A stretch of 64,000 nucleotides of DNA from Flavobacteriales bacterium (GTDB lineage Bacteria > Bacteroidota > Bacteroidia > Flavobacteriales_F > PHOS-HE28), in the NCBI GenBank assembly GCA_016787995.1, contig JAEUTB010000103.1, positions 39,827 through 103,826 on the forward strand. Reading direction: 5' to 3'. Made by a program: the position numbers and the translations under genes. Of the stretch, positions 10,094 to 18,600 are shown piece by piece (position 1 is the first letter of the stretch; each line of letters opens with the position of its first letter). The notes under the pieces are model-generated. The model was not told where the DNA came from. It saw only the letters and a list, made by a program, of their open reading frames with translations, and made no database searches.

Positions 10094-10378
10094 TGGTTCA
10101 ATTGGGCGCGGTGTCTTTATCATTTATTCGTGTCGGTTACATCGCGCACTAGAACGGTGGTTCGCTTGAAGCGACCAATTGCCGCTCGGCCCTCGATCGG
10201 GGCGCTCTGACCTTCCGCCCGGGGAGGGCAGTGAGGGCCGCGTTCAGGCTTGTGTGGGAGTCCATTATCGGAAATTCGTACACCGTCCGGTGTGTGGGTA
10301 AGAGCAGGGCAGGTACTGTTGGCATGGCACTGCACCCGGTATCTTCGCAGCGGAGCGTCCGGTACCAGAGAGCATCCC

Positions 10379-10960
10379 ATGCAGAACAGACTCTTCGCCT
10401 TCATCGGCAAGTACATGACCTTGACGGACGAGGAGAAAAGCGTGGTCGGCTCCTTGGACATCTTCCGTACGGTGAAGAAGGGCACGATCCTGCTCAGGGC
10501 CGGTGAGCGGTCACGGGATAGCTACTTCGTGTTGGAGGGCTGCATCCGCACCTACTACATCGTGGATGGCGAGGAGCGGACGACCTCTTTCTACAGCGAA
10601 CTGGAGGCATTGACACCTCCTTGCGTGGTGAGCAGAACTCCCTCCGAGTATTACATCAGCTGTGTGGAAGACACCATCCTGACCGTATCGGACGCGGACC
10701 TGGAGGTGGACATGAACAGCCGCTTCCCGCGCTTCGAGACGCTGTGCAAGGTGCTTTCCGAGGAGATGCTGGCGAAGGAGCGTGTGGAATTCGATTCGTT
10801 CAAGACCTCATCGCCCGAACAGCGGTACTTGAATTTGTTGCGCACACGACCGGACCTCGTGCAACGGGTGCCCCAGCATCAATTGGCGAGCTTTCTCGGT
10901 ATCAAGCCCCAATCGTTGAGCCGGCTAAGAGCTCGGATCATCGAGAAGGAGAGGGGCTGA
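10379..10960 (+). CDS. Crp/Fnr family transcriptional regulator
   Basis: cNMP-binding beta-roll (…RAGERSRDSYFVLEGCIRTYY…) followed by a C-terminal HTH (…QHQLASFLGIKPQSLSRLR…). Confidence 0.8.
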   Translation: MQNRLFAFIGKYMTLTDEEKSVVGSLDIFRTVKKGTILLRAGERSRDSYFVLEGCIRTYYIVDGEERTTSFYSELEALTPPCVVSRTPSEYYISCVEDTILTVSDADLEVDMNSRFPRFETLCKVLSEEMLAKERVEFDSFKTSSPEQRYLNLLRTRPDLVQRVPQHQLASFLGIKPQSLSRLRARIIEKERG

Positions 10961-10967
10961 GAATTCC

Positions 10968-10981
10968 TTCACTTAAGTGAA
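10968..10981. promoter_or_regulatory. perfect 14-bp palindrome TTCACTTAAGTGAA upstream of an OMP paralog; candidate Crp/Fnr-type operator
   Basis: Perfect dyad. It is followed 18 bp downstream by the conserved CGGTCTTGTTTTGCGCC motif, which is shared with the second site. Confidence 0.5.
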
Positions 10982-11038
10982 TGCGGTGGGGTGACCTGCC
11001 GGTCTTGTTTTGCGCCCTCGTTCAACACGTAGGGAAGC

Positions 11039-11656
11039 ATGCAGAAGAGAACCACTCTCATTGGTTTCGTGATCTTGATGGCCAGCACGCTCCAACTCCG
11101 CGCTGCAACTGCCGTGCAGGACAGCACCTATCGGCGGTGGTACGTGGGGAGTTCGCTGTACTTGCTTGGGAATCTTGATCGGGTCAACAAACCTGAGTAT
11201 GTCCAGTTGAACGTGGGCTATCGGCTGACACCGAAGGATGTGATCTCGATCGAGTTCAAACGATCCATCTACGCGTGGCCGATCGGTATCCCATTCGGTC
11301 CTTCATTCGATGCGCCCGGCTTGAACTATCCCGGTCATGCGCGCATACTGGCACCAACGGTGGGCTACCAGCGCTTCTGGTGGAAAGGGGTCTACACTTC
11401 GGTATATGCCTTGAATGCCTTCGAAAAGTACCTGGATGTGGACCGGAAGAAGATCGGTAACGGCTACACGCTCTACCTCAACTTCCATTTCGGTTATCAG
11501 TTCAGGTTCTGGGAGAACCGGTTCTTCTTCGAGCCAGCCATGGGCTGCAGCTATTGGCCGGTACGGACAAAGGTCCCTGAAGCGTTCAAGGCCGTGGAAA
11601 GTAGATGGCCCAATTACTTCATCCAGCCCGGCCTTCATTTCGGGTTCAATTTCTAG
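11039..11656 (+). CDS. outer-membrane beta-barrel-like protein (paralog 1), C-terminal …GLHFGFNF
   Basis: Signal peptide, alternating beta-strand pattern, C-terminal Phe. About 40% identical to the downstream paralog. Confidence 0.7.
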   Translation: MQKRTTLIGFVILMASTLQLRAATAVQDSTYRRWYVGSSLYLLGNLDRVNKPEYVQLNVGYRLTPKDVISIEFKRSIYAWPIGIPFGPSFDAPGLNYPGHARILAPTVGYQRFWWKGVYTSVYALNAFEKYLDVDRKKIGNGYTLYLNFHFGYQFRFWENRFFFEPAMGCSYWPVRTKVPEAFKAVESRWPNYFIQPGLHFGFNF

Positions 11657-11796
11657 CGGACCTGCGGCGGCAGGTAGGCTGTCATCCTCGACGATCATGT
11701 CGAGTTAGTATTCCATGCGGTCCTGCGGAGTCGAGCGTACTGGTGATCCTTACCAGGCGGGAGCATCCGCGAAAAGGCCCGCCTGCGACGCATTCC

Positions 11797-11810
11797 TTCA
11801 CTAAAGTGAA
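11797..11810. promoter_or_regulatory. near-palindrome TTCACTAAAGTGAA upstream of OMP paralog 2
   Basis: Same architecture as 10968-10981, including the conserved downstream CGGTCTTGTTTTGCGCC. Confidence 0.5.
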
Positions 11811-11849
11811 CGACTGGAGGCCCCTCAGCGGTCTTGTTTTGCGCCGTCG

Positions 11850-12503
11850 TTGAGAACAACCAAAGAAGTGATGAAGAAGAACATCGGGCTCATGGGCCTT
11901 GCGCTGGTGATGACCAGCTCGCTCACCCTCCAAGCACAATACGCAGGAACGGACAGCACCTACACGCGGTGGTTCGTGGGAACCAGCTTGTTCGTTCTGG
12001 TGGGCAACCTGGCGCCCACCGACAATCCACCGGATTTCTTTCAACTCAACATCGGATACCGCTTGACCGGTCGAGATGTGATCACCGTGGAACCCAAGAC
12101 CTGGAAGTATGCCTGGCCCAATGGCATCCATCCGTTCCTGAACGATGCTTATGAAAAGCCCGAAGAGAAATTCCCCGGATACGTGCGCGAGTACGGTGTT
12201 TCACTGTCCTACCAACGCTTCTTCTTGAAGGGGCTCTATGCGGAGCTGAACCTGATGCCCACCCTGCAGCATTTCCAGAACGATCAAGGCAAGCGGATCG
12301 ACGATGGGTTCCAGGTCTTCAACACCTACCGGGCTGGCTATCATATCAAGCTCTTCATGGACCGCTTCTTCGTGCAGCCGTCCATCGCGATCACTCACCG
12401 GGCTTACCATACACGCTTGCCGGATGGGTTCAGGCAGCTGGATGACAAGTGGTCCAAGTTCATTTTCGGTGAGCCGGGTTTGCATGTGGGGTTCAATTTC
12501 TGA
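11850..12503 (+). CDS. outer-membrane beta-barrel-like protein (paralog 2), C-terminal …GLHVGFNF
   Basis: Paralog of 11039-11656. The start may be the Met at 11871. Confidence 0.7.
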   Translation: MRTTKEVMKKNIGLMGLALVMTSSLTLQAQYAGTDSTYTRWFVGTSLFVLVGNLAPTDNPPDFFQLNIGYRLTGRDVITVEPKTWKYAWPNGIHPFLNDAYEKPEEKFPGYVREYGVSLSYQRFFLKGLYAELNLMPTLQHFQNDQGKRIDDGFQVFNTYRAGYHIKLFMDRFFVQPSIAITHRAYHTRLPDGFRQLDDKWSKFIFGEPGLHVGFNF

Positions 12504-12616
12504 ATCGGGCTGCCAGATGCACCAAGGGTATCACCCTTCAAGTTGACCGTCGCTGGTTAGGTTCGTGCCGGAACGGATGATTATATTGTCCATCTGATCG
12601 ACCAAAACCAAGGATC

Positions 12617-13672
12617 ATGACACCACGATACCCTTCTTTCAATTCGAACGCTACCCTCTCGACCGAACGCATCGCTCAGCTTGCTCTTTGCATGCTGGTT
12701 CCAGCTGTGTTGCTTGCGCAGCCTACGCTACAATCATCAGATATGGGTTCGGTCGGCTCTACATTCGTTTACCAACAGGCCAATTATGTCACGTTGTCCA
12801 ACTCGGGGCCGAACCAGACGTGGGACTTTAGCAATGTGGTACCTACTGGAGCGTTGACGTTCAATTGGGTGGATGCCGACGATACTCAAGGTGGTAGCAA
12901 TTTTCCAGGTGCTACGGTGGCTGTTTCACCTGTTACCCTTTTCCAGCTCGATCAGTACTTCACCATTACGGCCACCGAGATGAATGATATCGGGACTTAC
13001 ATCCCGTTCATTCTCACCACCTGTTCCAACCCGATCAAGATCCTGAAGTTCCCACTGACTTACGGTGCCACTTGGACGGATCCCTTCACCTGCCTGCGTG
13101 ATGATTCAGGGATCATTTTCTACAATGTCACCGGGAACTTGACCGCCACCGCCGATGGGTACGGTACGGTTATAACCCCGGATGGTCCTATCAGTAACGT
13201 GATCCGGGTATCGATGACGAATACAAGCACGGCTGTTGGTGGTGGCATTACCACGGTCACCACGATCACCGCGCAGTACTACTGGAAGCCTGGTGCGGGA
13301 TCTTATGTCGCATACAATTATATCCAGAACGAAACGGTGAATGGAACACCGACAGGATCAGCCAGCCGGTTGCGTTATCTCGGCGGCAATTCCATCGGGT
13401 TGGATGAGCTGTTCGGTAATTCCATCGGCATCGATCTGGCTCCGAATCCAGCCGACGAAAGTGCATTGGTCACCTTCTCCACCCAGGGCAATTCGACCAT
13501 GGAGGTCTTCAACGACCATGGACAGGTGGTGCAGCTGTTGGCTCTGGGCCACAAGGCTCCGGGCATCCATCAGGAGCGGATCGACACGAGCTCGTTACCC
13601 GCTGGTCTCTACACCGTGGTGATCCGTTCGGCGACCGGTGACCAAGGCGTGAAGCGCCTGATGGTGCAGTGA
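12617..13672 (+). CDS. secreted protein with T9SS-type C-terminal sorting domain
   Basis: Signal peptide and a Thr/Gly-rich beta-rich body. C-terminal …LAPNPADESALVTF…GLYTVVIRS… resembles a Por_Secre_tail. Confidence 0.75.
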   Translation: MTPRYPSFNSNATLSTERIAQLALCMLVPAVLLAQPTLQSSDMGSVGSTFVYQQANYVTLSNSGPNQTWDFSNVVPTGALTFNWVDADDTQGGSNFPGATVAVSPVTLFQLDQYFTITATEMNDIGTYIPFILTTCSNPIKILKFPLTYGATWTDPFTCLRDDSGIIFYNVTGNLTATADGYGTVITPDGPISNVIRVSMTNTSTAVGGGITTVTTITAQYYWKPGAGSYVAYNYIQNETVNGTPTGSASRLRYLGGNSIGLDELFGNSIGIDLAPNPADESALVTFSTQGNSTMEVFNDHGQVVQLLALGHKAPGIHQERIDTSSLPAGLYTVVIRSATGDQGVKRLMVQ

Positions 13673-13856
13673 TCCGGGTGTTCTGCACTTCGGTTCCTTG
13701 GAATGGCAGGTATTCGGTGGCTTTAGGTCCGGAGAGCCGGAGGCACCGTGCTGACTTGTGGAGTAAACCATACTTCACTGTGGTGTGCATTGATCCTTGA
13801 TCAGCATTCGAGCAGACTTCGCATCTTCGCACGGAAGCAGTTGGAGTAGTGGTCGC

Positions 13857-14603
13857 ATGAAAGTCACCCTCATCACCGTATGCCGCAACGCGGCGGCCGT
13901 TATCGGCGCTTCGTTGGAAAGCGTGTTCGCGCAGACGCATGCCGACATCGAGGTGATCGTGATCGATGGGGCCAGCACTGACGGCACCCAACAGGTGGTG
14001 GAACGCTACCGCGAACGGCTGGCGCACTACGTAAGCGAGCCGGACAAGGGGATCTACGATGCCATGAACAAGGGGCTGCGTGCGGCCACCGGCGAGGTGA
14101 TCGGTTTCGTGAACGCTGGTGATCTGCTGATGACGCCGCAGGTGATCTCCCAGGTAGTGGACGCCTTCCAGCGCGCGCATGTGGATGCGGTGTACGGCGA
14201 CATCATCATGGTGGATGAGCATGACATCCACAAGGTGCACCGGACTTGGCTCAGTGGAACCTATCACCGCGCCAACTTCCGCAAGGGCTGGATGCCGCCG
14301 CACGTGGGCACCTTCATCCGCAAGAGCGCCTATGACCGCTTCGGGCATTTCAATACCGACCTGCGCATCGCCGCGGATTATGAGATCCTCCTGCGCATGC
14401 TCTACAAAAACGAGATCCGCACCATCCACCTGCGCGAGGTGCTGGTGCGCTTCCGCCTGGGAGGCATGAGCAATGGCAGCTTGAAGCACATCCTGAAGGC
14501 GAACCGTGAAGTGCGCGCCTCATGGGGGTTGAACGGCCTGAGCGCACCGCCCTTGCTGGTGACGCGCAAACTCTGGAGCAAGGTGATGCAGTTCTTCCAC
14601 TGA
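13857..14603 (+). CDS. glycosyltransferase family 2
   Basis: N-terminal VTLITVCRNAAAVIGASLESVFAQTHADIEVIVIDGASTDGT, with DxD-type motifs. Confidence 0.85.
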   Translation: MKVTLITVCRNAAAVIGASLESVFAQTHADIEVIVIDGASTDGTQQVVERYRERLAHYVSEPDKGIYDAMNKGLRAATGEVIGFVNAGDLLMTPQVISQVVDAFQRAHVDAVYGDIIMVDEHDIHKVHRTWLSGTYHRANFRKGWMPPHVGTFIRKSAYDRFGHFNTDLRIAADYEILLRMLYKNEIRTIHLREVLVRFRLGGMSNGSLKHILKANREVRASWGLNGLSAPPLLVTRKLWSKVMQFFH

Positions 14604-14631
14604 TCATGCTTCACCGAGAAGAACCGGTGGG

Positions 14632-14964
14632 CTATCGTCGGGCGTACTCCACAGCCATCGCCAGTGCCTCGGTGAAGAGCTTCACGGACAAGCCCTGCAG
14701 CTCTGCGATAGTGGCCCCTTTCGCACCCCACTTGCTCGGGTGAGGCCTGAACTGCACGGGATGTGCGGCGAGCAGCATGGTTTGTCGTTCCACATCGAGC
14801 ATCAACACCGCGTAGCCTTCGTCCAGCCACAAGGTCATGAAGGTGCGTCCGGGCTTGCCAACGATCTTCTTCGGTGCTATGCGGTAGGCTGGCTTGTCGA
14901 AGTGATCGTACTCGTCGCCCGCGAACCGTTCCAACGCGATGGTGCGCGCATCTTCGACGTTCAT
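14632..14964 (-). CDS. MmcQ/YjbR-like small DNA-binding protein
   Basis: 110-aa ORF with the …KPGRTFMTLWLDEGYAVLMLD… pattern typical of the YjbR family. Confidence 0.55.
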   Translation of the reverse strand: MNVEDARTIALERFAGDEYDHFDKPAYRIAPKKIVGKPGRTFMTLWLDEGYAVLMLDVERQTMLLAAHPVQFRPHPSKWGAKGATIAELQGLSVKLFTEALAMAVEYARR

Positions 14965-14995
14965 GGAGCCGAATCTAGCCGAACTCCGGATCGGT

Positions 14996-16009
14996 TCACT
15001 TCACTACCTGGATGACCAACGGCAGCTGGCCCTCCGTGCGCAACCAGTAACGACCTTGCTGTACGCTGGACAGGTCAATGACCTCGACGGCGGATCCGCT
15101 CTGACTTCCTTCGCGGATACGCCGTCCAACTGCATCAACGAGTTCCCATCGCTCACCGGCACGTGGCGCTGGCCAACGCACGGTGACGGCGTCCTTCGCT
15201 GGAACAGGGTAGAGCTGCGGAACACCGAGGCGTGCAGCTTCATCCAGACCGGTGCTCACATAGGGTGAGGAGGTCATGCTGCAATCGATCCCATACGTGA
15301 CATCCACGGTATAGCTGCCGGCTGTGGTGGCTTCGATGCATGCCGTATTGGACCCGAACGGTTCGCCGTTGCGGTACCACTGGTAGGCTTCTCCTTCTGG
15401 TGAGGCGCATAACTGACCATCCACCAGCACCACCTCGGGTTGAATGACCGGGTTGAAGACGAAGGGGATCTCAAGGCCAAGGGGCTGAATGAAGTTGGGG
15501 CAGAGATCCGGAGCACCCGATGCCGTGTAGTTGCCCGTAGTGGTGACGATCAGGGTATCGTCGTTGGCGCCAGGGATGAGCTGTCCGTTCTGGAACCACT
15601 CGATGTTCTCGTCATAACTGAAGATCAGCAGCACGGTGTCGCCATCACATTGGTTGCTCGTTCCTTCGAAGTCGATGAAGAGCGGTTCGTCGCCCGCGTG
15701 GGCCACGAAGGGGAGGAGGAAGACCCATCCATCGACGATCACGGGTGCGCTCATTTCCGTGCATCCGTCCAGCGTCGCTTCTACGGTGACCTCAGCGTAG
15801 GGCTCCATGGTGAGTGTCTGGGACGTGGCCCCGTCGATGGCCGCACCATCCGCATACCATTGGTAGCTATCGTAGGGCTGGGTTGCCAGTTCCACGCTTT
15901 CGCCGGGGCAGAGGATCACCTGGTCCGGTTCGATGGTGGGGGTGAATGGGCACTGCGCGTTGACCGCAAGGGAGAGCAGGAGGGCGGGGAGCGTATAGAA
16001 TATCCGCAT
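14996..16009 (-). CDS. secreted protein with T9SS-type C-terminal sorting domain
   Basis: Start at MRIFYTLPALLLSLAVNAQ (signal peptide). C-terminus …LYPVPAKDAVTVRW…GRYWLRTEGQLPLVIQVVK. Confidence 0.75.
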   Translation of the reverse strand: MRIFYTLPALLLSLAVNAQCPFTPTIEPDQVILCPGESVELATQPYDSYQWYADGAAIDGATSQTLTMEPYAEVTVEATLDGCTEMSAPVIVDGWVFLLPFVAHAGDEPLFIDFEGTSNQCDGDTVLLIFSYDENIEWFQNGQLIPGANDDTLIVTTTGNYTASGAPDLCPNFIQPLGLEIPFVFNPVIQPEVVLVDGQLCASPEGEAYQWYRNGEPFGSNTACIEATTAGSYTVDVTYGIDCSMTSSPYVSTGLDEAARLGVPQLYPVPAKDAVTVRWPAPRAGERWELVDAVGRRIREGSQSGSAVEVIDLSSVQQGRYWLRTEGQLPLVIQVVK

Positions 16010-16073
16010 GGTGAAGTGTTGCTGTTCCCCATAAAGACGACGCTCAGCACCAGAACGATGCCTCGATGCATCC

Positions 16074-17546
16074 TCAGAATAAACGGATCGCAAGTGATGC
16101 GTTCCATTGCCAGCGGTCCAGGAGGTTCTCCATCGTGGAGAAGCGCTTATCCAGCTCCGTGACATCGATGGCCCCGATCGGCACGGAGCCATCTCGAGCA
16201 ATGGATCCGAGGATGGACGGATCGTCCAACCCGGAACCATGGAGCAAGGCAATGGCCACCGGATCGCCCTGCACCACCTTGGAGTTCGTAGCGGCGGCGG
16301 TGAATGGATCGGTGTAGGTATTGGTGATGCTGCGATGCAAGGAGCGTTGCCCGCTCAGGGAAAGCCCGAGGCGACCCCATTCCACTCCGATCCCGAAGCC
16401 TGCATTCCAGAAGAGCGCGACATTCGATGTCCGGTCATTGAACGGTCCTTCCGTGGTGTATCGATCCACCTGGAACTCTATTCCTTCAGGACCATTCGTT
16501 CCCCAGATACGGTTGACCACATAGGATGCCTTGAACGCATGGAGATCAGCGCCAATGGAGAACTCGGTATGGAAGATCGGTCTACGATGGTCCGTGCGTG
16601 GCCCCCAGTACAACCGAACAGGTGCTGATAGGCTCCAACGTTCGGCGGTGAACTCGATGGGTCTGATCTGTTCCCATTGCGCCTGAAGGTTACCCTTGTC
16701 GAGTTCGGCCAGAACAGCCAAGGCTCCAAAAGTGGGATCGTTGGCAGCGACAAGGTGTAGGGCATCGCCAGCACCATCGATGACAGTAGAAGGAACGAAG
16801 GCTCCACTGATGGGGTCCACCACGGGGCCGCTGGTGTGAAGTCTGCCGAGTTCAACAGCGCCCGGGAGGCCATTGTCGGCCTGTGGCATGAAGCGCAACC
16901 GAAGGCCGATAGCCAGGCGATCGCCACGCGTGAAAAGGTCCACTTGACCGAAAGGATGAAGTCCACCATACGACTCACCGATCCCTCCACCGATGTAGAC
17001 CCCCCCTCGAAGTGGATCAACGTTACTTTTAGTGTCCTTTTCGTTGGGTGCATTGGAGTGATCCGGGCGATCGAAGCCTGGCGGCACGTCGACTGGGATC
17101 CGCTCCATACCTTCCAGTGATCCACTGCTGGTGTTGAGCAGCTTGAACTCCACCAGCACCCTCCGTTTGTCCTTGGGCTGCACATTGACCGTGATGATGG
17201 CCGATGCGCAGGCCAGCTCTCCCAGCTGAAGGGCGTTCGTACTGGAGGTCATGCCGGTGGCGTTGAGCTGATGCTCACGCAACAACACCTCAAGTTGCGA
17301 GCGCTCCACGACGCTGATCCGGCCCTGGTGGTTCACCAAATGGAAGGTCAATTCGCTCGCGATCTCGGTGGTCAATGCCGATGGAGCTTCCTGATCAACA
17401 CCGATGACCGCGACCGTCGTGTGGCCACCACGTACGAGCCGCTCCCCTAAACGATCAGCTGCGAGGCGTAGGCTATCGGTGAACGCACTGCCGGTTGAAG
17501 CGCCGGAAAAGGCGCAGCACAGGAGAAGGAAGGTCGAGCGCAACAT
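16074..17546 (-). CDS. outer-membrane protein: N-terminal periplasmic CsgG/TolB-N-like domain plus C-terminal beta-barrel ending in Phe
   Basis: Signal peptide MLRSTFLLLCCAFSGA; ISVVERSQLEVLLREHQL motif; C-terminal …LAIRLF. Confidence 0.6.
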   Translation of the reverse strand: MLRSTFLLLCCAFSGASTGSAFTDSLRLAADRLGERLVRGGHTTVAVIGVDQEAPSALTTEIASELTFHLVNHQGRISVVERSQLEVLLREHQLNATGMTSSTNALQLGELACASAIITVNVQPKDKRRVLVEFKLLNTSSGSLEGMERIPVDVPPGFDRPDHSNAPNEKDTKSNVDPLRGGVYIGGGIGESYGGLHPFGQVDLFTRGDRLAIGLRLRFMPQADNGLPGAVELGRLHTSGPVVDPISGAFVPSTVIDGAGDALHLVAANDPTFGALAVLAELDKGNLQAQWEQIRPIEFTAERWSLSAPVRLYWGPRTDHRRPIFHTEFSIGADLHAFKASYVVNRIWGTNGPEGIEFQVDRYTTEGPFNDRTSNVALFWNAGFGIGVEWGRLGLSLSGQRSLHRSITNTYTDPFTAAATNSKVVQGDPVAIALLHGSGLDDPSILGSIARDGSVPIGAIDVTELDKRFSTMENLLDRWQWNASLAIRLF

Positions 17547-17610
17547 GGTCGGTGGTGTCACATACACGCCACCAGCCAATTATCGGGCCGATCGTCAAAG
17601 CACTATGAAG

Positions 17611-18444
17611 TCAACCCATCCACACCACGCCATCCTCGCCGATGCGCACCAGCCGCTCCTTGTAGAGTGCACCCAGGGCCTTCTTGAAGGCCTTCTTGCT
17701 GATGCCGAACTCCTCGTAGATCTCTTCCGCGGAGCTCTTGTCGGTGAGTGCGAGGTACCCCTTGGCCTCGAGTCGCTTTGCTAGCAGGGTGGTGTGGGCA
17801 TCGATGTATTGGCGGTACCCGATAGGTTGCAACACGATGTCCAGCTTGTTGTCCGGTCGAACGGTCTTCACGAAACCTATGAGGCGATCGCCTACGGTGA
17901 CGGGCTTGAATACATCATTGGCGTGCACGAGGCCTTGGTGCGTGTTATTCACGATCACCGAGAGGCCCAGGTCACTCTTGCCGAAGACGAGCAGGTCCAC
18001 CTTGTCCTTCTCCTTTACGGTGATCTCGGTGTTGTCGAGCAACTCCTCGATGCGGGTGCTCCCGTGCAGTCGCTTGGCCTCCTTGTCGTAGTAGGCGCCC
18101 ATCACATACCAGCGCCCTTCTTCCATGGGCTTCTTCTGGTCGTCATGCGGAATAAGCAGGGGAGTGTCCATGCCCCAATCCACATGGGCACCAGCTCCGC
18201 GGATGGCCACCACACGCAGTTTGGCGAAGGTGCCGGCCTCGATCTTCGGCGATCGTGTGGTGGCGGTTAGTTTGCCATCCACGTTGGGGTTCACGAATAC
18301 ACGAAGGTGTCCATCCTCGCTGCCATCGCGAGGGGCTTCGCTCAAGTGAAGCACCACTTCAAGAGCATCGTCATCGCCCAACACCAGCCCTTCGCGGGTG
18401 CGACGAAGGATGCGGAGCAACTGGGTACGACCAGGTCGGATCAT
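17611..18444 (-). CDS. S1-like RNA-binding domain protein, CvfB/YitL family
   Basis: 277-aa ORF with tandem S1-like domains and a C-terminal winged helix (…GISKKAFKKALGALYKERLV…). Confidence 0.8.
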   Translation of the reverse strand: MIRPGRTQLLRILRRTREGLVLGDDDALEVVLHLSEAPRDGSEDGHLRVFVNPNVDGKLTATTRSPKIEAGTFAKLRVVAIRGAGAHVDWGMDTPLLIPHDDQKKPMEEGRWYVMGAYYDKEAKRLHGSTRIEELLDNTEITVKEKDKVDLLVFGKSDLGLSVIVNNTHQGLVHANDVFKPVTVGDRLIGFVKTVRPDNKLDIVLQPIGYRQYIDAHTTLLAKRLEAKGYLALTDKSSAEEIYEEFGISKKAFKKALGALYKERLVRIGEDGVVWMG

Positions 18445-18600
18445 GCCCGAAAGGTAGGGCTTGGGTGTCGGGTGCCCCGAGCAGGGTCATGTCCGGATAC
18501 CATGGTCGCCCGGTTCGGCATCCCGTATTGCCGCTTCGTCCGCTTCGTCCCATGGTGGTCCATTCCATGGAAATAGTTTCGGTCCGCAAGCCACCACACC

